Assembly (NCBI RefSeq): GCF_001194135.2 | Contig: NC_068993.1 | Coordinates: 3,097,428-3,161,427, forward strand | Reading direction: 5' to 3' | Length of the DNA stretch: 64,000 bases | From: Octopus bimaculoides | Taxonomy: Eukaryota | Shown: in pieces, positions 37,201 through 48,061 of the stretch | Numbering within the stretch: position 1 is the first letter of the stretch | How the letters are laid out: every line of letters starts with the position of its first letter | Translations under genes and position numbers: made by a program | The notes under the pieces: model-generated | What the model was told of the DNA's origin: nothing | The model's database searches: none | Seen by the model: the letters and a program-made list of their open reading frames with translations, nothing else

Positions 37201-40195
37201 GTGGTAGTAATGATGAAATTAACTGATATTTTCTATATCATTTGAGCAATACAAAAGTTCACTCTTGATATGCTGAATCTTTTTGGTAGCTTATTTCGGT
37301 TGGCACCACACAACCTTTGTATCCGTTGGCATGCACTGCTTTTGTTTCAACTAGTCTTGAAAATAAAGAAGAATTTAGTAAAAAGAAACTTGTTATTAAT
37401 AAGCTGGTGTGTGGAACAAATAAACATGAAATTTTGATTAGAGGTTTCAATTGAGATCACTTTTGAATAGGGAGCAGTGTCAGGTATGTTGGGATCAGAG
37501 GTTAAAGTCTAACAGATAAGGGAAGTAACTCAACTGAAATTGGCCAATATCTATAAATATATAAGTATAGGCAAGTAATGTGTAGAAATGAAGTTGAATC
37601 AATGTTGAAAAGTGAAAGAAGCAAAAAAAAAAAAGAAAAGAAAAACTGGTGAGATTCTTTCAAATTACTTCCTGCTGTTTTAAATTCACAGCTCATCAGT
37701 CAAAAAGTCTTATACATTACAAATTCAAAAACCACTCCATTTCTACCTGCTATACAAATACACAACCTCATTTTCACACCTACTCATAACATACACATAT
37801 ATATATACATGTACACACGCACATACACATGTGCACACATTCACACACACACGTGTGCACACATGCACACACAGTTATAGTATCTTGCCTATTTGCATAA
37901 ACCTCCCGCTAAAAATTCTGTTTTAAATGACAACTTTCACTTTCAACATTTAGCTTATTTGTATTAGAAATTGTTTTCTTTGCTTTTCTTTTTTCTTATT
38001 TTTTTCTTCTTCTTTACCATTTCTACTATTTCTGGAGATTCAGCAGACATTAGTTAGAGAAAACAGCAAACATATATTTATAAAATCATAGATGATTTAT
38101 GAGGAACCAGATTGGGAATTTAGTGAAAACTTTTAAGTTTTGAGGTCATTAATAATAAATGAATATCCACAAATAATTTCATAAAAATGCAACGAAAATC
38201 ACTTTGGAAACAATTTAAGATTTCATTTCATTTTCATCTTGTTTTGTTTTACAAGTGAATTCGTTGTTTATAGGAAACTTTTGTCTTTACCGATTCTGAA
38301 ATCTGATTTATGGAACTTTAGAAAAAGATCAAAATCATCTTATTGGAAATATAATTAATGCAACATTCTTGAAATGATTTATTTTCCATATTTGTCCTTT
38401 TTCGAGTTTTCCTTCTTCCTTCTCATTTAGTTATGTCATTAAGTAGGATTTTATTCCAGTTCCTGCAACCAGGAATTGGTAATCGGCTATCTTCATAGAC
38501 AAGAGTCGAAAGTGATAGTCTTTTGACTAAAAGCTAAACTTTGTAAAATGTTGAATTAAAGAGAGAGGCAGAGATAGAAAGTCAGAAAATAGAGAGACAC
38601 AGACAGAATGAGAGAAGTGTAAGAAACAGAGAGAGAAGGGAGTGATGGAGAGAAATAGAGGGGGAGAAAGAGAGGGAGGGAAAGTTAATTATTAGTTATA
38701 TTTCAACAATATTCTGGCTGTGTTCAATGTGATCTTGTTAAGTTTTATATTCAAAAAGGATTCCAAGAATCCATCTTGCAGTCTCTCTTAAGATTCTGCT
38801 GTAGAAACCAGCAAGCAGTCAGTGGGTCATGGCCCCAAAATGGGCCACTAACCTGTTTTTGGTGGGCTGCAAAATTTTCTAAGATCTTACAAATTGAATT
38901 AAAGTTTTGCTCGGCTACTGTGCTGTTGATGGTAATTAGTATTTGTGGATGAAAATTTATGCAATTTTTGTCTTTTTTAATTTTTAGAATGATAGATATC
39001 TTGTGTGTTGAGGGAAATACTTTGTGGGTATATTTAGATGTAAGATATGCTATAATACATCTGTGTGTTTTTGTATGTGTATGTATTTGTGTGTGTGGCC
39101 ATGGATTAAAAAAAAAGTATCGAATGTGGTTTTCACATAAAGAAGGTACAATGGTTTTGTCAAATCACATTTTCAGAATTTTCTTAGAATCCTATCAGTG
39201 TTTCAATTTTACTAGATCTCTGCCGTTGTTTCAATTTTCTGCAATACACCAAAATAAATATTACCGTCATCTGGAGAGTAGGAAATCCCTTGTAGTTAAC
39301 CATGAAACATAATTCAGTAGAAATTCCAGATTGAAATCTATTACAACAGAAATTCACTAATATTTGTATTGGCAAGTCATGCCGTAAGTGTTACAGACGT
39401 ATTTAGCTTTGATTATTGGTAAAAAGAATAAAGATTGCTTAAATACACCCCATTTGGTAATATATCCAATATTTTGAAGACGTGATGTTGTACTCTTCAC
39501 ATGTAATCTATTGGATAGAAATTGTGTTGAAAGACCAATCCAAACATCATTGGTTTTCTTTTGAAAGTGAGAGAACTAGTAATTAAAGAATTAATGAATT
39601 AGGGTAACTGTATATGTCCATTATTTAATTTGTTCCTAGACAAATTGATTTCAGATATGAACACATGAATATACACTTAAACCAGCTCTAGATCTTTGGA
39701 TAAAGACAGCAAAATGTAGAATTTTAATGCCATAAGTTTGGTTAGTTCAAACATATATCTGCATACATTGTGCATGCCACTGTCTGAATGTATTTATGTA
39801 ATGTGTTTAGATATTTATCGAGGTTTATTTTTTAATGTGATACTAATTTATAGATTTTTGTCCAATCAAATATTACATTCAGCTTATCTAGTTAAAGCTT
39901 TATTGAATAAAACGATATTATCGATCAATTGGTGAGATATTAATAACTTGAATAACTAACAACAATATATGGCTAGTTAGCTTGAAAAGAATTATCTTAG
40001 CTCTAAATTTACCTATTTAACTGGTAACATATCTATTAGTATAGCTAACCATCTACCAGTGATTCTCAATTTGTGTATGTTAATATGTATTGCTCTCGTG
40101 TGTGTGTGTTTGTGTATATGCGTGTGTGCATGTGTGTCTCAGAGGACCACGGTATATTCAATCACATTATATTGTATGAATAAGACTGTACATGT

Positions 40196-40450
40196 TTTTG
40201 CATGTTATACCACAGCTATTCATATGATATGCTATCATACTATATACAAGTTGGTTTTTCTTTTGCATGTTATACCACAGCTAATCATGTGATATACTAT
40301 CAGATTGTCCATTTGTCCATAGGGTTTTATACCACAGCTGTCCATGTGATATACTATCAGAATATGTACAGGTTATTTTTGTATGATATACTGTCAGATT
40401 GTTCTCAGGTTGTTAGGTATATTATATCACTGTTAATTATGTGATATGCT
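40196..40450. repeat. Degenerate minisatellite, about 60-65 bp period, about 4 units
   Basis: TTATACCACAGCT(A/G)NTCAT(A/G)TGATAT(A/G)CTATCA recurs three times, plus a fourth degraded copy. Confidence 0.8.
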
Positions 40451-40489
40451 CACACCCTATATATACGTTGTTTGTCTATGTTTTCCCAA

Positions 40490-40600
40490 TCGTAGACTTC
40501 TGGGTTCAGGCCCACTTCATGGCACCTGAGAAACTGCTTTTATTAGTTCAACTGGCTAAAGCCATTGTGAGTGGATTTGGTGGCTGAAGCTAGTTGCGTG
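40490..40600 (+). mobile_element. SINE family B fragment
   Basis: TTCTGGGTTCAGGCCCACTTCATGGCACCTG...AAAGCCATTGTGAGTGGATTTGGT. Confidence 0.55.
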
Positions 40601-40643
40601 TGTTTGCCTCTGTGTGTACATATATTCATACATACATACAGAT

Positions 40644-41012
40644 NNNNNNNNNNNNNNNNNNNNNNNNNNNNNNNNNNNNNNNNNNNNNNNNNNNNNNNNN
40701 NNNNNNNNNNNNNNNNNNNNNNNNNNNNNNNNNNNNNNNNNNNNNNNNNNNNNNNNNNNNNNNNNNNNNNNNNNNNNNNNNNNNNNNNNNNNNNNNNNNN
40801 NNNNNNNNNNNNNNNNNNNNNNNNNNNNNNNNNNNNNNNNNNNNNNNNNNNNNNNNNNNNNNNNNNNNNNNNNNNNNNNNNNNNNNNNNNNNNNNNNNNN
40901 NNNNNNNNNNNNNNNNNNNNNNNNNNNNNNNNNNNNNNNNNNNNNNNNNNNNNNNNNNNNNNNNNNNNNNNNNNNNNNNNNNNNNNNNNNNNNNNNNNNN
41001 NNNNNNNNNNNN
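40644..41012. other. Assembly gap (N)
   Basis: N run. Confidence 1.
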
Positions 41013-41053
<41 letters not shown>

Positions 41054-42252
41054 TTACGTGTGCAGCTGAAAGATAGATATTTAAAAAGACAAATCGATCA
41101 ATAGTTTTATATTGAGAAACAAATATTTATATATGTATGTTTGTGTGTGTGTAATTATACATATGTATTTGTGAGAGAGAGAGAGAGTGTATAATCATTT
41201 TAAAAGCACTCATACAATATACAACACTTTATCAGAACATGCATCTATGCATAAACTCATACACAATTACCTAAACAAATACACACACACACTCTCTCTT
41301 TAGCACAAGCACACATATACACACACGATCATAAATATCAAAACACTAACAAGAAAAAAACAAAATTTTCTACTGATAAAACCATAATCAGATAAAATAA
41401 TTTAAAAGTTTGATTGAATCACCCAAGATCTGACAAATTGCCAATATGGTAAAGTCTGTTACTAAATATATCTGCAATTTTCCACAGACTTCATGCTTGG
41501 AATTATTAATTGGTCAACATATATTGATGATATTATGGTCCGTCATTACCAGCCCCACAGTTCTTTGAGTCATAAACCATTCTCTACGTGAAATTGACCC
41601 AATAAATGTCTTGTGCATCTACAGTCATACATCACGTACAGAAACGTTCTGTTAAAAAATGATGGAATTGTGCTGGCAATATCTTTGTAGACAATCTGAG
41701 TAAAATCGGTTGCAACATTCTCCAGTAACTTAATTTTCAGGGGAAAAGATTATTTTTTTAACCTTATTTTTTTTTATTCGCTTCACCCCCACCCCCATCT
41801 GATACAAAGTCAATATAAACTAAATTTACTCACAGACGGAGATATATGCGTGTGCATGTGTGTGTGTATATTATATATATGTATATATTCGTTTATTCTT
41901 TTCTTTTACTTGTTTGTCATTTGACTGGCCGTGCTAGACATTTACACATATATGGATATATATATATATATGCACACACACACACACATATACACATGCA
42001 TGTTTATATATGTATACTTATGTATGTATTTTTATCTTGTTTCACTGATTTGACTGTGGCCATGCTGAGAATGTGCATATGTATATATATTTATACATAT
42101 ATGTGTGTGTGTGTGTGTGTACATACATACACACACACACACATATATACGCATACACACTCGTGCATACACATATATTGCTCTGAATTTTTCTGTGACT
42201 CAAACATTGCTGAAAGTACTAAAGAATTAAGGAACAGAGAGGGTGAGAAAGA

Positions 42253-42253
42253 A

Positions 42254-42322
<69 letters not shown>
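42253..42322. repeat. (GATA)n/(GA)n homopurine tract
   Basis: Read directly. Confidence 0.95.
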
Positions 42323-42657
42323 GCTCTCCATAAAAATGATTCTGACATGCAGAAAGAGAAAATAGAAAAAAAGGAACAATAATGGTAAATGTGTATTCCT
42401 TTGTTTAATTGAGTTTATTTTGTGAATAGTCAATATCCCAATTCTGCCATTAACATTCGAGTCATTCTATTTGTGATTTGAATTTGATTCTAAGAATTTG
42501 ATTCTAAGAATTTGTAGTCAATTAACCATTTTGCCAGCAATGGATGACTGAATCAAATAGGAATGGCATCTTCATGTTTTTTTTACTTTTTCTATTTTTT
42601 GGTTGTTTTTTTAGCTTATTTACTTGAGCTGGCTGCAATGGTAATAATAATAATAAT

Positions 42658-43259
42658 NNNNNNNNNNNNNNNNNNNNNNNNNNNNNNNNNNNNNNNNNNN
42701 NNNNNNNNNNNNNNNNNNNNNNNNNNNNNNNNNNNNNNNNNNNNNNNNNNNNNNNNNNNNNNNNNNNNNNNNNNNNNNNNNNNNNNNNNNNNNNNNNNNN
42801 NNNNNNNNNNNNNNNNNNNNNNNNNNNNNNNNNNNNNNNNNNNNNNNNNNNNNNNNNNNNNNNNNNNNNNNNNNNNNNNNNNNNNNNNNNNNNNNNNNNN
42901 NNNNNNNNNNNNNNNNNNNNNNNNNNNNNNNNNNNNNNNNNNNNNNNNNNNNNNNNNNNNNNNNNNNNNNNNNNNNNNNNNNNNNNNNNNNNNNNNNNNN
43001 NNNNNNNNNNNNNNNNNNNNNNNNNNNNNNNNNNNNNNNNNNNNNNNNNNNNNNNNNNNNNNNNNNNNNNNNNNNNNNNNNNNNNNNNNNNNNNNNNNNN
43101 NNNNNNNNNNNNNNNNNNNNNNNNNNNNNNNNNNNNNNNNNNNNNNNNNNNNNNNNNNNNNNNNNNNNNNNNNNNNNNNNNNNNNNNNNNNNNNNNNNNN
43201 NNNNNNNNNNNNNNNNNNNNNNNNNNNNNNNNNNNNNNNNNNNNNNNNNNNNNNNNNNN
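42658..43259. other. Assembly gap (N)
   Basis: N run. Confidence 1.
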
Positions 43260-43351
43260 TATAATCCTCATCATTGTCATTTAACATCTGTTTTCCATGC
43301 CGGCATGGGTTGGTCAGTTTGTAAATATTGTGTTAAAAAAACCTTTGAATG

Positions 43352-43496
43352 GAAAAAGCCAAAGATCACCCATGGAGCTTGAACCTATATCTAGTGTCAA
43401 TATAACATGTAAACATGTTTTGGTCTGATGGCAGAAAGTCTTTCATGTCTACCGAACATATAGGTTCAAGTCCCATGGGCAGCCTTTAACTTTTTC
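43352..43496. mobile_element. 145-bp foldback element with 39-bp terminal inverted repeats
   Basis: Left arm GAAAAAGCCAAAGATCACCCATGGAGCTTGAACCTATAT (43352-43390); the reverse complement of the right arm (43458-43496) is GAAAAAGTTAAAGGCTGCCCATGGGACTTGAACCTATAT. Confidence 0.75.
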
Positions 43497-43689
43497 TGTC
43501 TGCAGGGTTTTTTTTAACTCATGCTTACACAGGCTATCTGCTTTGAGTTTCACTGATCCACAACAGAAGTTTATAAATTTTTATGCTCCAGCATGGCTGC
43601 AGTCAAATGACTGAAACAAATAAAAAAATAACAGAATGTGTGTGTATATATATAAATTGTATGGGGCAGGATGGTTGGATGGGGTATTT

Positions 43690-43722
<33 letters not shown>

Positions 43723-44877
43723 CACATAACAATTACTTTAGAAACCTGGAATTAGGGTTAGGAATTAATAGATGTGAAGATAGCAGGGAGTAAAGAGGAT
43801 GAATGAAAAGAATGTAATATGTGAGCCCCTTCCAAAACTAACACCTTTATTAAGCCTGGGTGCTTAGTTCTGGTTTTATAGAATTATATAGATGAGAAAG
43901 AAATCTCAGCATGGATAATTGAAATGCCATTGTTGCATTGCGAAAACCTTATTCCCAGGCATTCAAGAACACAAATCTAACCAGAAGATGAAATGAGAAA
44001 CATATAATTAAGTGGACATCCAAAATACACAATGACACATCTATAAGGGATTTAAATCCAATACAAATAATTTGCTTATGTGTTACTTTTATCCTCAACA
44101 GAGTCGTTTTATCTCCGGATATTGAGTCAACCTTGTTAGATAACTCGTGTTCATTATATTCCTGTACAAAAGCACTTATTTAAATGTACGTTCATATAGT
44201 TCCGTAAATAGAGACTCTACATTGAATATTCCAGGACTGATTATATGTTACAGATGCAAGTGGACAGGGATAAAAATGAGATGTATGTTCTCCTTGTTAA
44301 AAACATATTAAGGACTCTTGAATTTCAAAAATATCCTCAAAACATATGAGAGTTTATATACAGAAACCAACTAAACAACAGCTTGTTACCCGCATTGATC
44401 ATCGTCTCTTGACTAATCAAATATCACCAATCCTCACAGTTGATCTTTACAACAAATCACACTTTGATATACACTCTTTCTTTTGCTTTGGTTTGCATTT
44501 ACTTTGCAGAATTTTCTGTGTTATTATTCCAATCATTTTCCGCATCTTGAAAGTTCTTTTTTCCTTTTTCAACAATCCCTAATCTAATGAAAAGCTATGA
44601 TTAGAGCTGTAACCTGACTTTATTTCTGGATATCAGAAACTATATTCATAATAAACACATAAAGCTTAACAATTCTGAAGGTTAACTATCAAAGCTTTAA
44701 TCCCATCAGGATTGTTGCTATATAATACCGTTACATTCAATAGTGTGTGGTTGGTTACTTGCATTGAGAAAGATAGTGAGATAAAATGAGATAAATAGTT
44801 AGAAAGAGAGAGGGGTGGGGACGGACAGACAGAGAGAAAGACAGACATATTTATAAATTAATAGACTGCTAAATAGA

Positions 44878-45035
44878 CGAGGGGTTTTCAAATTGGGTAT
44901 GCAAGCCCTCAAAAGTATACACGAGAAATTGCGAGGACGTGTGAAGTTTCTACAATCACTGTAATTTTGAAGCAATAACAACCATCATAAATGGGATTCA
45001 TACATCTAGAAAATAAGTGGAGAATGTTTTGCTAT
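44878..45035. mobile_element. Possible decayed hAT-type MITE
   Basis: The left end GAGGGGTTTTCAAATTGGGTATGCAAGCCC resembles CAGGGGTTCTCAAA-type termini; the right-end match is weak. Confidence 0.3.
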
Positions 45036-45084
45036 AACTGTCCATTTAGGACAGTCGTAGGATTTTAAAGCATAGCAACATAAC

Positions 45085-45280
45085 CACAAGTTAGGTGATA
45101 CAAGAAACGGACAACAAAACATATAGATAGATGATACAAAGAAAACCAGAACAGGTCATTCGGAGTTTTCTTTAATCAGTTGAGATCCAGATTATCTTGG
45201 CAATTTCTGATGGTTATACTCGATATTGCTCCAATCTGGCCAGCCCCAAGGAAAAACTAAGCTAAGAGTATTAGATTCTT
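45085..45280 (-). mobile_element. Probable Penelope-like terminal repeat remnant with a decayed hammerhead-like core
   Basis: The minus strand reads CTGATTA-A-AGA-AAAC-TCC-GAATGACC (45179 to 45154). Family assignment is inferred. Confidence 0.35.
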
Positions 45281-46219
45281 ATGTATGTATGTACATATGT
45301 ATATGTACATATGTGTGCGTGTATGTATATGCATACAATTTTAAAATTTTAAAATCATGTACCTTCAGGTGTGCGTTACTTCATGTATGTTATAATCTTT
45401 AATTAAATATCTAATTTGCATTATATATATTCAATTAAAGAAATGTTTCCATCTCTCTCGGTAACCAGGTGCATGTTGGCTAGTCAGGCTTACTCTTAAT
45501 GCTAAACTTCCTCCAAGAAAATAAAAAATGCTGACGTTTGTAAACTTCTCAATAAATTATTTGGAAATAATCCAATTCCTCACAAACTTGTGTGCATGTA
45601 GTGTAAAGAACCAATCTCTTGAGGTTCCAGGAAATATTAAATGCATGTGTATGGTAAGCACAAAGTTACATTTGCATTATTTACATATCTCGACGAGAAG
45701 TGGTTCTTGTGTAGCATGACATTTACTCCCAGGAGAATGGTTTGTAGCTGAAAAATCTAGAGATAATTATTTACATATGCTTGCTTCTCTGATCAGTGAT
45801 AGAAGAATTCAACCAACCAATATTTGTAAATCTGAAATTCTAATTACTTTACTTCGTTAAAATTTGGTATATTAACAAATTGGAAATATAATATATATGA
45901 AGATAGGCTGCACAATTCACTTCTCGTCTTATTGAATTATATGAATAGTGTGCATGTGTGTGTGTGTGATTTGGTATGGCTGTAACTATATATATATACA
46001 TAAATCTATAGTCACAGAAGCATCAAAACAGCATGAATATGAAATATAACTATATATACACACACACAACGAATATATATATATATATATAGTTATATGT
46101 ATATAAATATATTTATATATATGTATGTGTATGTATGCACCACTACTACTAAGATGGGGCACCTTAGTAGTAGTAGTAGTAAAATCGTGTGCATGCCTGT
46201 GAAATTTCCTCCATGCTAA

Positions 46220-46340
46220 CCTTCTGAGTTTGCCTTTCACCCTCTAAGGGTCGCTACAACTAGTTGAGCACTGATGTCAATGTAATCAACTTAACCCCTC
46301 ACCAGAATTGCTGGCCTTATTCCAAATTTTGAAACCGTTA
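46220..46340 (+). mobile_element. SINE family A, 3' part
   Basis: TTTGCCTTTCACCCTCT...CAGAATTGCTGGCCTTATTCCAAATTTTGAAACC matches the 3' half of 9657-9872. Confidence 0.55.
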
Positions 46341-46429
46341 GTATTTTTGTTTTTGTTGATGTACTTTTCACTTCTCAATCTCAGTCGCTTTGACTAATTC
46401 TGTTAGAGTGGGCAAAAACCTTTTGTCAA

Positions 46430-46930
46430 GGGTCTCACAGGGTCTCTTTCCGCAATACTGAACATCCAAGTATCAATCCTCAAGCAAGTTTCTCAGGTCT
46501 GCTTGTTAAAGCTCCCAATGGCCCCTAAAACTATTGGAACCTCAGTTGCTTTCTTCACTGTACACATTCATGCAATCTCCTCTTTTAGTGGTTTGTTTTT
46601 TTCAATCTTTCCCAGTCCTTTGTCATCCACTCATGTATTCCCAGGTATCGCAATGGCTCTGAACTATGTTTCCTTCATCGTTTTATCAACTGCAACAGTG
46701 TCTGATCTGCATGGATCAAACAATGAATCACACTCCTTTGTAAAATCCCCACAAGATCTCATAGTCATTATTCTCAGTAACACCCTCTCGTTTATCCTCC
46801 TATCATTTCAATCTTCTTCCAAGACCATACTTCTCCTACAATCTCGACTGAACATATCAAGCCATGGCATCATAGCATCCTTTTGCATTCCTATTCAGCC
46901 AGTCTGCTACACTCACAGTTTGTGAAACTG
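46430..46930 (-). pseudogene. R4/Dong-like (R2 superfamily) non-LTR retrotransposon C-terminus: zinc knuckle plus restriction-like endonuclease, decayed
   Basis: Minus-strand translation across frameshifts: CECSRLAE*ECKR ... EKYGLGRR ... EGVTENNDYEILWGF / ECDSLFDPCRSDTVAVDKTMKET*FRAIAIPGNT*VDDKGLGKIEKNKPLKEEIA*MCTVKKATEVPIVLGAIGS. This matches the known layout SECSKLAQ..YK.RHD / EN..YKILWDF / RPDIVVVDK..K...IDIAIPGD....KE.EKIEKY..LK.EI.R / VIPIVVGALG. Confidence 0.85.
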
Positions 46931-47000
46931 TTTCATTTTTGAAGCTACACAACCTACAAAGGAGCAATTCAACACTTTAAAATATTTGGAACTTGATATA

Positions 47001-47161
47001 ATTACATTATTTACATGTGATGAATATTTGTCCTCATCTTGTTTGTTGTTAACAACGTTTTGGCTGATATACCATCCAGCCTTCAGGTGCTTTGGGGAAA
47101 TTTCGAACCTGGGTTCACATTCCTAAGCTGTTGTTATTGTTGTTGTTATTGTTGCTGCTGC

Positions 47162-47198
<37 letters not shown>

Positions 47199-47400
47199 GA
47201 GGAGGCAGTGACCTGAATAATAATAGTAATAACATAGAAAAATACCTTAGGAATGTGAACCCAGGTTTGAAATTTCCCCAAGACATCTGATGAAGGCTGG
47301 TGGGTATATCAGCCGAAACGTTGTGTTAACAACAAACAAGATGAGGATGAATATCCATCAAATGTAAATGATGTACATAATTCCTCATCTCTTAAATATT
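47001..47400. mobile_element. Inverted pair of Penelope-like terminal repeats around a (GTT)n spacer
   Basis: Left arm 47001-47127 is the reverse complement of right arm 47246-47375 (about 85-88% identical by eye). The right arm contains a hammerhead motif. Confidence 0.85.
47282..47327 (+). ncRNA. Type I hammerhead ribozyme motif (Penelope-type, palindromic stem III)
   Basis: Stem I GACAT(47282-47286)/GTGTT(47323-47327); core CTGATGA(47287-47293)+A; stem II GGCTG(47295-47299)/CAGCC(47310-47314); GAAA(47315-47318); ACGT palindrome; cleavage triplet GTT ending at 47322. Confidence 0.7.
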
Positions 47401-47769
47401 GATGTAATTAGTTCTGAAAGCTTCTTCCTGGATGCATCGTCATCATCATCCAGTGTTTTAAAACTGGATTTTGTCCCCGCTAATGGGGGTGGCTGGATCT
47501 ACTTCAATGCCATAACAACCGAGGTAGGGAGGTGCTGCCCACCCTAACTTTTGGGCTGGCTGGTGCCCATCTCCTTTGCTATCATGAGGCTTTTCTGGAG
47601 CTGGATTTTCTACGGGGAGCATGCCATTGCTTACCACTAACCTCAGTTTTTAGACAATGAGTGGTCCCAAGACCAAGGCCTCTACCACAGTTTTTAAGAA
47701 ATGTGAGCACTAGAATTAATACAATCAACTTATCCCCCCACCCCACAAAATTGCTAGCTTTGCATCAAA

Positions 47770-48027
47770 AGGTGCATGGAGGTTTAGTGTGACACAAGTG
47801 TGACAAGACTGGCCCTTTGAAATACAGGTACAACAGAAACAGGAAAAAAGAGTGAGAGAAACTTGTGGTGAAAGAATACAGCAGGGTTCGCCACCACCAC
47901 CCCGCCAGAGCCTTGTGAAGCTTTAGGTGTTTACCCTCGATAAACACAACAACTGGTCTGGGAATCGAAACCGCGATCCTATGACCATGAGTCTGATGCC
48001 CTAACCCCTGGGCCATTGTGCCTTCAC
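47770..48027 (-). mobile_element. tRNA-derived SINE, near full length
   Basis: Minus-strand A-box TGGCCCAGGGGTTAGG and B-box GGTTTCGATTCC (plus 47961-47972), followed by a non-tRNA body. Confidence 0.8.
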
Positions 48028-48028
48028 A

Positions 48029-48061
<33 letters not shown>

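Noticed and set aside
42480-42514. 14-bp tandem repeat GAATTTGATTCTAA x2.5
   Set aside because: A trivial local slippage duplication.
46503-46925. 140-aa plus-strand ORF
   Set aside because: It is the antisense reading of the decayed R4/Dong-like endonuclease region.
47961-48027. tRNA gene
   Set aside because: A- and B-box-like motifs are present but there is no complete cloverleaf, and it continues into a SINE body. The same applies to the other SINE heads.
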